From: a bacterium
Lineage (GTDB): Bacteria > CLD3 > SB21
Direction: 5' to 3'
DNA: 64,000 nt
Assembly (NCBI GenBank): GCA_013360215.1
Contig: JABWCP010000001.1
Span: 24,193 to 88,192 of the forward strand
The stretch's first letter is position 1. Every line of letters starts with the position of its first letter. The notes beneath the pieces were generated by a model. That model did not search any database. It had not been told where the DNA came from and saw nothing but the letters and a program-made list of their open reading frames with translations. Shown here piece by piece: positions 1 to 9,875 of the stretch. The position numbers were made by a program, and so were the translations under genes.

Positions 1-897
1 GCGCACATGTTGGGCCATGAAGCGGGTTTATTCGTCCCCAGCGGTACGATGGGCAACCAATTGGCAATTAAAACACACACACGCCCTGCTAACGAAATCA
101 TCATTGAGGCCGATGCGCATATTTTTAAATACGAATGCGGTGCCTCATCCATGATTTCCGGCGTCATGACCAAAACCCTGCACGGACAACGCGGTATTCT
201 TACCGCTTCGCAGATCGCGGTAGCCATCAATGGCCCGGATATCCACAACGCGCCCACCGGCATGATCGCTTTGGAAAATACGCACAATCGCGCGGGCGGT
301 ACGATCTATCCGATTGAAACTGTAAAGCAGATTTCCGATCTGGCACGTCAACGCCATATCCCTTTGCATCTAGACGGCGCTCGTCTAATGAATGCGTGTG
401 TAGCAAGCCATATCAAACCGCAAACCTACGGTGTTTTATTCGACTCCGTGTCTCTTTGTCTGTCTAAAGGCTTAGGTGCGCCCGTAGGCTCTGTGCTGGT
501 TGGCAATAAATCTTTTATCGCACAAGCGCGCTATTACCGCAAGGCATTGGGCGGCGGTATGCGCCAGGCCGGTATTCTCGCCGCGGCCGGCTTATATGCA
601 TTACAACATCATGTCAATGATCTCGCAGACGATCACCGTAAGGCCCAAATTTTAGCTGAAACATTATCCGCGTTGCCGCCTTTTGAAATAGACGTCACGA
701 CGGTGCAAACCAATATCGTTATTTTTGATGTTGTGAATCCGGCTTTAGATGCGCAACGTGTAGTAGATCATCTCGGTTCGCAAGGTATTTTGGCGATTCC
801 ATTCGGGGAACGCAAAGTACGTTTTGTCACCCATCGCGATCTTACGTTTGAACAAATAGATGAAGCTGTTTCCATACTTCGTAAACAATACCAATAA
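1..897 (+). CDS. ltaE: Low-specificity L-threonine aldolase (5'-truncated by window edge)
   Basis: The frame is open from base 1. Motifs SGTMGNQ, ENTHNxxGG, HLDGARL and PLP-lysine [10 protein letters not shown], then GGGMRQAG. Confidence 0.92.
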   Translation, partial: AHMLGHEAGLFVPSGTMGNQLAIKTHTRPANEIIIEADAHIFKYECGASSMISGVMTKTLHGQRGILTASQIAVAINGPDIHNAPTGMIALENTHNRAGGTIYPIETVKQISDLARQRHIPLHLDGARLMNACVASHIKPQTYGVLFDSVSLCLSKGLGAPVGSVLVGNKSFIAQARYYRKALGGGMRQAGILAAAGLYALQHHVNDLADDHRKAQILAETLSALPPFEIDVTTVQTNIVIFDVVNPALDAQRVVDHLGSQGILAIPFGERKVRFVTHRDLTFEQIDEAVSILRKQYQ

Positions 898-901
898 ACT
901 C

Positions 902-1795
902 ATGAGCACAGAAAAAATCATCGCTGACCAAATTGATCGCATTCTTGCGGATATCAAAGGAGTTGCCGCCGTATCCGAACCTGCATGCGATTGCCGCATC
1001 AATAAGCCCGCGACCCCAAGCGAAGCCTGCGCATGCAATACAGCAACGGAAGCCGAGATCTATAACAATTTCGTCGAATGCGGTGCGTGCCGCATTTCCG
1101 CTGCGCTCGGCATCGATGCCGAAAAAGAACGTGTCGGGCGAATGATTGATCATACGTTGCTCAAGCCCGAAGCCACGGCGAAAGAAATCGACCAACTCTG
1201 TGAAGAAGCGGCCAAATACTGTTTTGCATCCGTATGCATCAATCCAAGCTGGGTCAAACGCGCTGCACAAAAACTGGCGCGCAGCGGCGTCAAAGTGTGC
1301 ACCGTCGTAGGTTTCCCCTTAGGCGCTACGAGCACACAAGCCAAAGCTTTAGAAACTGAAATCGCCGTATCGCACGGTGCTCAAGAAGTGGATATGGTGA
1401 TCAATGTCGGTTGGCTCAAATCCGGTGAATACGAATTGGTCAAAAAAGATATCACCGCTGTGGTGCGTCATGCCGGTCGCCAAGTGCCCGTCAAAGTGAT
1501 TTTAGAAACATGCCTTCTTACCAATGAAGAAAAAATAAAAGCCTGCGTACTTTCCAAAGAAGCCGGCGCCGCTTACGTTAAAACTTCGACCGGTTTCAAC
1601 AAAGGAGGCGCTACCGCGGCCGACATTGCACTGATGCGGCATGTCGTCGGACAAGACATGGGCGTCAAAGCCTCCGGCGGCGTTCGTACGTATGAAGATG
1701 CACTGCAAATGGTTCAATCGGGCGCATCGCGTATCGGCGCAAGCGCCAGCGTAAAAATCGTTACCGGCAAATCCGGCGAAGCGGCCGGTTATTGA
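902..1795 (+). CDS. deoC: Deoxyribose-phosphate aldolase with ~70-aa N-terminal extension
   Basis: [55 protein letters not shown] 902 follows the ltaE stop. Confidence 0.95.
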   Translation: MSTEKIIADQIDRILADIKGVAAVSEPACDCRINKPATPSEACACNTATEAEIYNNFVECGACRISAALGIDAEKERVGRMIDHTLLKPEATAKEIDQLCEEAAKYCFASVCINPSWVKRAAQKLARSGVKVCTVVGFPLGATSTQAKALETEIAVSHGAQEVDMVINVGWLKSGEYELVKKDITAVVRHAGRQVPVKVILETCLLTNEEKIKACVLSKEAGAAYVKTSTGFNKGGATAADIALMRHVVGQDMGVKASGGVRTYEDALQMVQSGASRIGASASVKIVTGKSGEAAGY

Positions 1796-1841
1796 TTGAT
1801 ACGACGATTTAAAAAACATCTTAATTCATCAGGATTGCAAC

Positions 1842-2843
1842 ATGCCTAACCGTTTTAAAACCATTGAGCGACATATCATTGACATGGAACGCCTGCACCC
1901 CGAGGCATCGGGTGAATTGACGGGTCTGCTTTCCGACATTGCGCTCGCGGGTAAAATCATTTCATCGGAAGTCAATCGTGCCGGATTAGTCAACCTGCTC
2001 GGACTGGCTGGCGGCGAAAATGTTCACGGCGAAGCGGTAAAAAAGTTAGATATGTTTTCCCACGACATGCTGGTCAAAATTATTTCCGGCGGACGGGGCG
2101 AAATTTTTATGCTGGGTTCCGAAGAGATGGAACATCCTCTTTCGCTTGATGATAATTACCCCGACGGCAAGTATATCGTCAATTTTGATCCGCTTGACGG
2201 TTCATCCAATATTGATGCCAATGTCAGCGTGGGCACGATTTTTTCTATCCTAAAAAAAGACTCCTCTTCCAACCCTAAAGAAGCCTGCCGCCAGAGCGGT
2301 GTCCAGCAAGTCGCCGCGGGTTATATTATTTACGGTTCCAGTACGATGTTTGTTTACACGGCCGGTCACGGTGTCCACGGTTTCACGCTGGATCCGGGGC
2401 TCGGCGAATTTATACTCTCGCATGAAAACATAAAAACACCCGAACGCGGAAAAATATACAGTATCAATGAAGGCAATTCGAACAAGTGGCACGACGGTGT
2501 TCGGAATTACATCGCATATCTTAAAGAAGAAAATAAATCCGATAAACGCCCCTATTCCTCGCGTTATATCGGATCTTTGGTTGCCGATTTTCATCGCAAT
2601 TTACTCTATGGCGGTATTTTCCTTTATCCGGCAGATCGTTCCAATCCTGAAGGGAAATTGCGTTTATTATACGAAGCCAATCCTTTAGCCATGATCGTTG
2701 AAGCAGCCGGAGGAGCCGCTTCCGACGGACATCGGCGCATCATGGAAATCGAACCCACGGCTTTACATCAACGAGTTCCTCTTATCATCGGAAGTAAAGC
2801 GGACGTAGAAACAGCTTGTGCTTTTATTCAGGGCCAGCGTTAA
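1842..2843 (+). CDS. fbp: Class 1 fructose-1,6-bisphosphatase
   Basis: KKLD, SEE, FDPLDGSSNIDANVSVGTIF, RYIGSLVADFHRNLLYGGIF, GKLRLLYE. Confidence 0.96.
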   Translation: MPNRFKTIERHIIDMERLHPEASGELTGLLSDIALAGKIISSEVNRAGLVNLLGLAGGENVHGEAVKKLDMFSHDMLVKIISGGRGEIFMLGSEEMEHPLSLDDNYPDGKYIVNFDPLDGSSNIDANVSVGTIFSILKKDSSSNPKEACRQSGVQQVAAGYIIYGSSTMFVYTAGHGVHGFTLDPGLGEFILSHENIKTPERGKIYSINEGNSNKWHDGVRNYIAYLKEENKSDKRPYSSRYIGSLVADFHRNLLYGGIFLYPADRSNPEGKLRLLYEANPLAMIVEAAGGAASDGHRRIMEIEPTALHQRVPLIIGSKADVETACAFIQGQR

Positions 2844-2846
2844 TCG

Positions 2847-3719
2847 TCAATTCTGTTTTATAATGATTGGATTAAAGGCTTTGGAAACCACGGTAACGCG
2901 ATCACCGATTTGAAGTGATGCGACGTCCGAGGCCGTTGCTACAACGCGAATCAATTGCTCCCCTGATGCGATCGTGAGAATAAATATCGTATCGTTGGGT
3001 TCCATGCCCACAACTTCACCATCCATTCTAAACTTTCCGCTTAAATGTTTATCATGATAAACATCCATCGGATTACCCAGCTTAGCCATTCGCCCATTAT
3101 CCAAAACGCAAACCCGATTTGATAAGCGGCAAATTTCCGCCATGTCATGGCTTACCCAAACCATCATCGATGGCGCTTCATTCCACAGGGTCAATATCTC
3201 TTGCTGCATTTTTTTTCGCAACGCCGTATCCATTGCGGCTAGCGGTTCGTCCATTAGGAGAAGTACCGGCTTACGAATCAATGCTCGCGCCAAAGCAACA
3301 CGTTGCTTTTGACCGCCCGACAACGTATCAGGTCTTCGCGAAGCAAGACCCTCCAGTTCGGTGAGTTGCAACATTCGCCGGACCGCTTCATCATCGGGTT
3401 CACTCAACGCAAATGCGAGATTTTCATATATCGTCATATTGGGAAACAATGCATAATCCTGGAATACAAATCCTACAGCACGTCGTTCGGGAGGATGATT
3501 GATTTTTTTTTCGGAATCAAACCACGGTTGATCCTGCCAATAAATGCGACCGCTATCCGGTTCAGTGAGTCCGGCCAGCATACGAAGAAGGGTTGTTTTT
3601 CCGGAACCGGACACGCCGGTTAATGCTAAACGTTCATGCGCAGGAATCTCCATACGTATTTCCATAACGACATGCCCGGAGGAGGTTTCAATCGTTTTTT
3701 TAATATCAATGGACAGCAT
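2847..3719 (-). CDS. modC: Molybdate ABC transporter ATP-binding protein with C-terminal TOBE
   Basis: Walker A GVSGSGKT, FQDYALFP, LSGGQKQR, LLMDEP. Last gene of the mod operon. Confidence 0.88.
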   Translation of the reverse strand: MLSIDIKKTIETSSGHVVMEIRMEIPAHERLALTGVSGSGKTTLLRMLAGLTEPDSGRIYWQDQPWFDSEKKINHPPERRAVGFVFQDYALFPNMTIYENLAFALSEPDDEAVRRMLQLTELEGLASRRPDTLSGGQKQRVALARALIRKPVLLLMDEPLAAMDTALRKKMQQEILTLWNEAPSMMVWVSHDMAEICRLSNRVCVLDNGRMAKLGNPMDVYHDKHLSGKFRMDGEVVGMEPNDTIFILTIASGEQLIRVVATASDVASLQIGDRVTVVSKAFNPIIIKQN

Positions 3720-4390
3720 TATCGGCCTCCGGCATTATTTTTGGACTCGATAACATGAATACCGAATAACACACACCATGAAAAAATTACTAACACAAGA
3801 GCATAGGTGTGGGCCATCGAATAATTCATTTGTTCAACGGCTTCGAATAGCGCGATAGAGGCCACTTTTGTTTTTTCAGGAATACTTCCGCCAATCATTA
3901 GTACAACGCCAAATTCGCCTACCGTATGCGCAAACGTCATGATAGACGCCGAAACGACAGCCGGACGCATATTGGGTAATAGAACATGATATAGGATCTC
4001 CCCTCTTGATTTCCCCAATGTTTGTGCCGCTTCGATCAACGATCGGTGCACTGAACCAAAACCCGTACGCAACGGATTAACCATAAACGGCAAACTGAAA
4101 ATAAACGAACCGATAAGAAGTCCCGTAAATGAAAAGGCAAGGCGCACATCAAACCATGATTCGATCGCAGCGCCAAACCAAAATTTTGGTGAAAACGCGA
4201 TCAGCAAATAAAATCCCAATACCGATGGAGGCAATACCAGAGGCATGCTTACCAACGTTTGCAACGGTATGCGCCATTTGCTTTTAGTAAATGCGAGATA
4301 GTAAGCCAACGGAATACCGGCTATCAGCAATAATACCGTCGTACAACTTGCCAATTTGAACGTCAGCCAGAAAGGCGCCCAATCCATCAT
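3719..4390 (-). CDS. modB: Molybdate ABC transporter permease
   Basis: PLVLPPSVLGFYLL, EAA motif, FAHTVGEFGVVLMIGGSIP. Confidence 0.93.
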   Translation of the reverse strand: MMDWAPFWLTFKLASCTTVLLLIAGIPLAYYLAFTKSKWRIPLQTLVSMPLVLPPSVLGFYLLIAFSPKFWFGAAIESWFDVRLAFSFTGLLIGSFIFSLPFMVNPLRTGFGSVHRSLIEAAQTLGKSRGEILYHVLLPNMRPAVVSASIMTFAHTVGEFGVVLMIGGSIPEKTKVASIALFEAVEQMNYSMAHTYALVLVIFSWCVLFGIHVIESKNNAGGR

Positions 4391-4391
4391 G

Positions 4392-4796
4392 CTACGCGTC
4401 CTCCCAAACAGCTACCGCTTGCGCATTCACGTATACTTCAAGATTATGATTTTCCTCCAACGACATACGCTTGGCATTTTCTGTAGTGATAACCGATCGG
4501 ATAGTACCTATCGCAGTTTGTACTTCTACTTCTGTCAAAAGTTTACCCCATCGAATATGAACAATTGTTCCTGCCCATTGATTGGACATACTACCGTGCC
4601 GGCATTCTTGCGGTAATAAGTTCACTTCGGTTTCTTTAAACACAGCGTACACTTGTATATCCGGTTTTAGATACGATGCCGTTTCAGGTGTTTCGATAAT
4701 AACGGCTGTTAACTGAGCGTTCGCGCTTTGCATCGTCACCAAAGACAATGATGCTTCGGTTTCAATAGCAACGATATGACATTTAATTTTATTCAT
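4392..4796 (-). CDS. Tandem TOBE (Mop/ModE C-terminal-like) molybdate-binding protein
   Basis: Two TOBE-like halves (AVFKETEV; SMSNQW.G.I...IRSVIT.E). Sits between modA and modB. ATG 4796 overlaps the modA stop. Confidence 0.8.
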   Translation of the reverse strand: MNKIKCHIVAIETEASLSLVTMQSANAQLTAVIIETPETASYLKPDIQVYAVFKETEVNLLPQECRHGSMSNQWAGTIVHIRWGKLLTEVEVQTAIGTIRSVITTENAKRMSLEENHNLEVYVNAQAVAVWEDA

Positions 4797-5562
4797 GAAT
4801 TCTTGTATAACCAAATTTCACAAAAACTTCTTTGGCTGTATCCGAATAAATAAATTCAAAGCATTGCCGGGCCTCCGACTTATCACTTAATAAAGCAGCA
4901 CTTTGTATGATCGGATTATACAGTGTCGAATCAACGATACGATAGTATCCTTTCAAACCCGTCGGTGCACTCAATACTGATGACAACGCTGTCAACCCTA
5001 TATCCGCCGTTCCGGTTGTAATGTACTGATTCACCTGGGATATATTTTCACCGAAAATCAGTTTATCCTTCACGCGTTCGTACTTTCCGGATTTTTTCAT
5101 CGCGTCCATGGCGGCCTTACCGTATGGTGCCAATGCAGGGTCAGCGATAGCAATGTGACGAATTTCGGCTTGGTCAACAGAACCCATTGCATCGTCGGAG
5201 TAAAGCGTCCTAACAGACCAAGCGACCAATTGACCTTGGGCATATGAACGCGGGCGCATACGCGTCAATTTCTTTTCATATAAAATATTTGGAAATACCG
5301 TATCGGCGGATAAAAAAATATCATAGGGTGCGCCGTGTTCGATCTGAGTCGCAAGTTTACCCGATGCGCCGGAAATGATCTCTACGCGAATTCCGGTTTG
5401 TTGCGTGAATATCGCCATCAAAGCCTTAGTTGCGGGACTTACATTGCTAGCGACGGCAATACGTACCGACGACTGCGAATGTAATTCGAAGAAGCTCAAT
5501 ACCATCACCATACACAAATTGACAAAGAGATTTTTGATCAAATGCTGTAACGAAGCGGGCAT
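4789..5562 (-). CDS. modA: Molybdate ABC transporter substrate-binding protein
   Basis: Signal-like N-terminus, GASGKLATQIEHGAPYDIFLSAD, IADPALAPYG, GENISQV. Confidence 0.93.
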   Translation of the reverse strand: MPASLQHLIKNLFVNLCMVMVLSFFELHSQSSVRIAVASNVSPATKALMAIFTQQTGIRVEIISGASGKLATQIEHGAPYDIFLSADTVFPNILYEKKLTRMRPRSYAQGQLVAWSVRTLYSDDAMGSVDQAEIRHIAIADPALAPYGKAAMDAMKKSGKYERVKDKLIFGENISQVNQYITTGTADIGLTALSSVLSAPTGLKGYYRIVDSTLYNPIIQSAALLSDKSEARQCFEFIYSDTAKEVFVKFGYTRIHE

Positions 5563-5764
5563 TCGTTAATTACTTTTTTAAAATCATTGATGATGACAAC
5601 GCTCATTAAGGCCGATCTGAAATTACAAATTTAAGAGATTAATCACAACCATAGCTTATTTCGCCTCGCAGCTCAAGTTATTGAAATTTTAACGCTTATG
5701 ATGTTACCTCGAAAATGAAATTGTAAAAATTTATGCTATAATACCCGTGAACGGTCGGTTTCCC

Positions 5765-5793
5765 TTGCGAACGCTAAAAGTGCGTCGTATATT
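5765..5793 (+). promoter_or_regulatory. Putative sigma70 promoter for the radical SAM gene
   Basis: TTGCGA-N17-TATATT, ending 25 bp before ATG 5819. Confidence 0.5.
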
Positions 5794-5818
5794 TAGATGA
5801 AGACATTACTTCACACGC

Positions 5819-6826
5819 ATGACCACTTCGCCTACTTTAATACAAAAACGCTTTCAATTTCCTCCGGGTCAAAATCCCTTCATAACCGAAGAACAACGTT
5901 TTTTTTCATATAATCATTACATTCGTTCGCGTTTTGGTCAAAGGATTCATCGTGTTACGGTGGATGCCGGATTTACATGCCCCAACCGCGACGGAACGGT
6001 GGCTTCCGGCGGATGTACATATTGTAACAACGACGGTTTCAGCCCGGCTTCGCAGATTTATCGTGTAAAAAAATACCTTAAGCCTTCAACGCCGGTGCAC
6101 GATCAGATAGCCAACCATATTGATGCAATGAAAAAGCGTTTTAAAACGGATAAGTTTTTCGCGTATTTTCAGGCCTATAGCAATACGTATGCGCCGGTGG
6201 ACGAACTCGAAACGCTCTACCGAGAAGCCCTCCGTCATCCGGATATTATCGGTCTTGTCGTTGGGACACGTCCCGATTGTGTGGACGAAGAAAAGCTCCA
6301 GCTTTTACAGTCCATAGCCGAAACTCATTACGTCAGTATCGAATACGGTTGTGAATCCATATACGATAAAACATTACAATGGGTAAATCGCGGACATGAC
6401 TTTGCCTGCTTTATAGACGCGGTCGAAATGAGTGCGGGACGTAATTTGGATGTGGCCGCACATATTATTCTCGGTTTTCCGACCGAAACACGGGACGAGA
6501 TGCTTGCGATGGCTGATGCAATAAATCGCTTACCGGTAGATTTTATAAAGATTCACAACCTCCACATTGTTGCCCAAACGCCACTCGCCTTTCAATACAA
6601 AAAGTCACCTTTCCCTGTGTTTGAGCAACACGAATATGGCATGTTAGTATGTGATTTTCTTGAAAAATTGTCTCCTAACATTTGCATTCAAAGATTATAT
6701 GGCGATGCCCCGCGCGATATGCAAATCGCTCCCCGGTGGTCCACAACCGGCCAGGATATGAATCTTTGGGTTCAGGCCGAGTTGACACGTCGTCAGTCGT
6801 TTCAGGGTATTCGTACAACTGAATGA
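5819..6826 (+). CDS. TIGR01212/YhcC-family radical SAM protein
   Basis: DAGFTCPNRDG...GGCTYCNN, YFQAYSNTY, GTRPDC, VNRGH, HIILGFP, KIHNLHIV. Confidence 0.9.
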   Translation: MTTSPTLIQKRFQFPPGQNPFITEEQRFFSYNHYIRSRFGQRIHRVTVDAGFTCPNRDGTVASGGCTYCNNDGFSPASQIYRVKKYLKPSTPVHDQIANHIDAMKKRFKTDKFFAYFQAYSNTYAPVDELETLYREALRHPDIIGLVVGTRPDCVDEEKLQLLQSIAETHYVSIEYGCESIYDKTLQWVNRGHDFACFIDAVEMSAGRNLDVAAHIILGFPTETRDEMLAMADAINRLPVDFIKIHNLHIVAQTPLAFQYKKSPFPVFEQHEYGMLVCDFLEKLSPNICIQRLYGDAPRDMQIAPRWSTTGQDMNLWVQAELTRRQSFQGIRTTE

Positions 6827-6910
6827 TCATCTGAATTATTTGTTCTTTGCTTTGCTACTTACCACTGCGTTACGGTTTACTCTGTAACGCCAAAACCGTA
6901 GGAGGTCTCC

Positions 6911-8071
6911 ATGATAAGCCAAAAAACGATCGAACGGTTATCTAAAATCGGCAGCAGAGATTTTTTTATCACCAGTTTATATCTCAATTTGGATCATACA
7001 CAGAAACACGGTCAATACAAAATCGCTCTGAAAGATCTGCTGAAAGACCGTCGCCATCGTCTGGATGAATTTCGTAAGAATAAAAAAATATCCAAGGAAC
7101 AGATCAAATCGCTCGAAGATGATTTTGTTCGAATTGAAAATTATATCCAGCACGAATTTGTCAGCAAAGATTCCGGAAAAGGATTGGCCATTTTCAGCTG
7201 CAGCGCTACGCATTTCTGGGAAATTCTCGAATTGCCTCAACCGGTTCCCAATCATCTCAATGCCGATTTTGATCCCAATATCCGCATTCTAAGCGAATTA
7301 TTATGCGATTACCGTCACTATGCCATCGCTCTCGTTGATAGCAGCAAAGCTAAAATCGTTGATGTCAATCTGGGTTTCGTTCGTGAAGTGTGGTCTGTCG
7401 AACATGCGATAACCGGCAAAACCAAATTTGGCGGCGTGGATGGCACCCAAGAGCGTAATGCCGAGCGAGCGCACGATGAATCTGTTCATAAACACTTTAA
7501 GGTTGTGGCGACCGAGGTTGAAAAAGTCTTCGATCACAGCGACCATATGTGGCTTATCCTCGGCGGACGGCAAAATTTCCTACCACAGTTCGAGTCTCTT
7601 CTCTCCGCCCCGGTTCGTAAAAAAATTGTCGGCCACATCGTGATTGATCCGGAGGCATCGCTCAACGAAGTTTTGGGCAAAGCGTACACGATCGCCGAAG
7701 AAGCCGAAGCCGCCCATGAAAAAGAAATTATCGAACAATTACGCGGCGAAGCCAGTAACGGCGGTAAAGGAATTTTTGGTCTACAACCTACTCTGCAAAG
7801 CCTCCGCAAAGGCGGCGTAAGCACGCTTGTAGTGACGAAAGGATATCAGGCGCCGGGATTTGTTTGTCATAAATGTTTTTTCATAGGTACTCCTGAGGAA
7901 AAAGGCAAACACGATACTTGCCCGATCTGTTCCGGACCAGCACACAACGTCGAAGATGTCGTCGAAGAGGCTATTACTTTTGCTTATATGCAAGGATGTA
8001 AAGTAGAAACCACCAATGAAAATTCGCGCATGCGTATCATGGGTGATTTTGGAGCGCTACTTAGGTATTGA
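6911..8071 (+). CDS. Bacterial archaeo-eukaryotic release factor (baeRF/eRF1-like) with Zn ribbon
   Basis: SLYL, GLAIFS, LILGG, G.VSTLVV, CHKC...CPIC, C-terminal FGALLRY as in aRF1/eRF1. GGAGG RBS at 6901-6905. Confidence 0.8.
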   Translation: MISQKTIERLSKIGSRDFFITSLYLNLDHTQKHGQYKIALKDLLKDRRHRLDEFRKNKKISKEQIKSLEDDFVRIENYIQHEFVSKDSGKGLAIFSCSATHFWEILELPQPVPNHLNADFDPNIRILSELLCDYRHYAIALVDSSKAKIVDVNLGFVREVWSVEHAITGKTKFGGVDGTQERNAERAHDESVHKHFKVVATEVEKVFDHSDHMWLILGGRQNFLPQFESLLSAPVRKKIVGHIVIDPEASLNEVLGKAYTIAEEAEAAHEKEIIEQLRGEASNGGKGIFGLQPTLQSLRKGGVSTLVVTKGYQAPGFVCHKCFFIGTPEEKGKHDTCPICSGPAHNVEDVVEEAITFAYMQGCKVETTNENSRMRIMGDFGALLRY

Positions 8072-8098
8072 CCTCATGATGAGTTTATTATATGTTTT

Positions 8099-8130
8099 AA
8101 AGGTAAGTTAAACGGCTTACCTTTTTTTTT
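8099..8130 (+). terminator. Intrinsic terminator after the baeRF gene
   Basis: AAGGTAAGTT-AAAC-GGCTTACCTT stem-loop followed by a T-run. Confidence 0.8.
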
Positions 8131-8148
8131 AAACAAACACGATTAGCT

Positions 8149-9429
8149 ATGACCAACACACGCTCTGTATTTCTTACGATCTTTGTTCTATGTATCACAC
8201 AAGCCCAAAGTACCAACGGCCAAGATTTAGATCACATCGAAAAATTCAACAGCGTAAAATCCTTATTTACTTCGCGTTGCATTTCTTGCCACGGTGGTGA
8301 TGAACCGGTGGCCGGTCTACGGCTTGATCGCAATCTCTATGCACAGATCGTCAATGTTCCCAGTAACGGCAATCCCGGCTTACATCTCATTCAACCCAAC
8401 TCTCCGGAATCCAGTTACCTTTATCGAAAAGTAGCAATGCAACCGAACGAATTACCCTTTGCGGATGATCCCATGCCGCTGGACGATGTTCCGTTAAGTT
8501 CTTCTGAACTGCAAATCATACGAGAATGGATCGTCTCATTTGATCCGGCCTTATGGCCTGCGGAAAATCAAAATAGCTCGATTGTTCAAAATCCTGCTTC
8601 AGAGATCATACCAAAGTTTTTGGCTACACAATTGATCAATATGCCCACGACACAAACATTGGGTAACCGTAGTGCGGAATTTCGCATCATGCACCGTTTT
8701 GGCTTGATCAACGGCGGTCCCGACGGAGGAAATACGTATGGAGGTTTTTTTGGCATGGATGCAGGTGCTATAACAAGTATCAACCTTTCCATAGCTGTCA
8801 CGAATAATGCGGATATTCTGCTTCGGCGTACTGGAACCAATAAAGATTTTGAATTGGGCGTCAAATACGTGCCGTTTCATTTCAACGAACGTTTTCCGAC
8901 GGATATCGGTTTTTTTGGAAGCGTAGACTGGATTAGCCGGGATGACGTGCCCGCGCGTCATAAATTCTCACCTAATCTCCAAATGATGATCGGTAGCCGC
9001 CCATTTGACAACCTGAGCATACTCGTAGTGCCCGGAATCGCCTTTAAAAGCAATCACAATGCTACGATCACCAAAACGATCAATGATACTACAACCCAAG
9101 CCTATCGCGATACGCGGGCTACTACGGCTATAGGACTGGGGGCGGAATATCTGATAGGCCGAGGCTATGCGATTTCAGGTGAATACATTCCCCGTCTCGG
9201 AGGTTATAAAGGAAATTCGTTTTCAAACGATCGCAGGTTTGATAATTGGAGCCTTGCTTTTTCATACAAAGTTCGCCTCCACGTATTTCAGCTTTTAGTT
9301 TCCAATACCCAAACGATGCATACCACTCAATATTTGCCCGGAAGTTCAACTATTACCAAGAATGCATTATACAATAAGGGCTGGAATTTTCACTTCGGAT
9401 TTAACATATACAGGCAATTCAAATGGTAA
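8149..9429 (+). CDS. Monoheme cytochrome c domain fused to DUF5777-like outer-membrane beta-barrel
   Basis: Signal peptide; CISCH...SYLY.KV...MP...IIREWI; then TQLIN, FRIMHRFG, HVFQLLVSN, FGFNIYRQF and a terminal Trp. Confidence 0.8.
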   Translation: MTNTRSVFLTIFVLCITQAQSTNGQDLDHIEKFNSVKSLFTSRCISCHGGDEPVAGLRLDRNLYAQIVNVPSNGNPGLHLIQPNSPESSYLYRKVAMQPNELPFADDPMPLDDVPLSSSELQIIREWIVSFDPALWPAENQNSSIVQNPASEIIPKFLATQLINMPTTQTLGNRSAEFRIMHRFGLINGGPDGGNTYGGFFGMDAGAITSINLSIAVTNNADILLRRTGTNKDFELGVKYVPFHFNERFPTDIGFFGSVDWISRDDVPARHKFSPNLQMMIGSRPFDNLSILVVPGIAFKSNHNATITKTINDTTTQAYRDTRATTAIGLGAEYLIGRGYAISGEYIPRLGGYKGNSFSNDRRFDNWSLAFSYKVRLHVFQLLVSNTQTMHTTQYLPGSSTITKNALYNKGWNFHFGFNIYRQFKW

Positions 9430-9830
9430 AAGAAATCAAATTATTTTCGTTACTCGTTTTTGTAATGATTTTGTTATCGGCATGCGGCGAATTGAAAGAG
9501 GAATCTCAGCCGACGTTATTAGTACCGACAGATGTGCAGTCTATATTTAATGATCAATGCGTCGGTTGCCACTCCGGCTCTTCCCCTGCGGGATCGCTTA
9601 ACTTGTCCGTGGGTAATGCATATACCCAATTGATCAATGTCACAAGTACTATCGAACCGACATTAAAGCGCGTCGTACCGTCGGATACTGCAAATAGCTA
9701 TCTTGTGGATAAAATTATGGGTACACAAACAGTTGGAGAACGTATGCCGGATGGTGGGCCTTATTTGTCGGCAGCTCAAATGAACATTATCAAATTGTGG
9801 ATTCAAACCGGTGCGGAGGCCAGACCTTAA
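9423..9830 (+). CDS. Monoheme cytochrome c lipoprotein (planctomycete cytochrome c-like)
   Basis: Lipobox LLSAC; CVGCH...SYLVDKI...RMP...IIKLWIQTGA. Overlaps the upstream gene by 7 bp. Confidence 0.82.
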   Translation: MVKEIKLFSLLVFVMILLSACGELKEESQPTLLVPTDVQSIFNDQCVGCHSGSSPAGSLNLSVGNAYTQLINVTSTIEPTLKRVVPSDTANSYLVDKIMGTQTVGERMPDGGPYLSAAQMNIIKLWIQTGAEARP

Positions 9831-9875
9831 AATGCTTCCGTCGGCTGTAAGCGAAAAATAAAAAAATAATTCTGC

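Noticed and set aside
5563-5760. AT-rich region upstream of modA, checked for a ModE box, Moco riboswitch or CRP site
   Set aside because: No recognisable ModE palindrome or Moco RNA helices. TAAGA-N6-TCACA (5632-5647) is only a partial CRP match.
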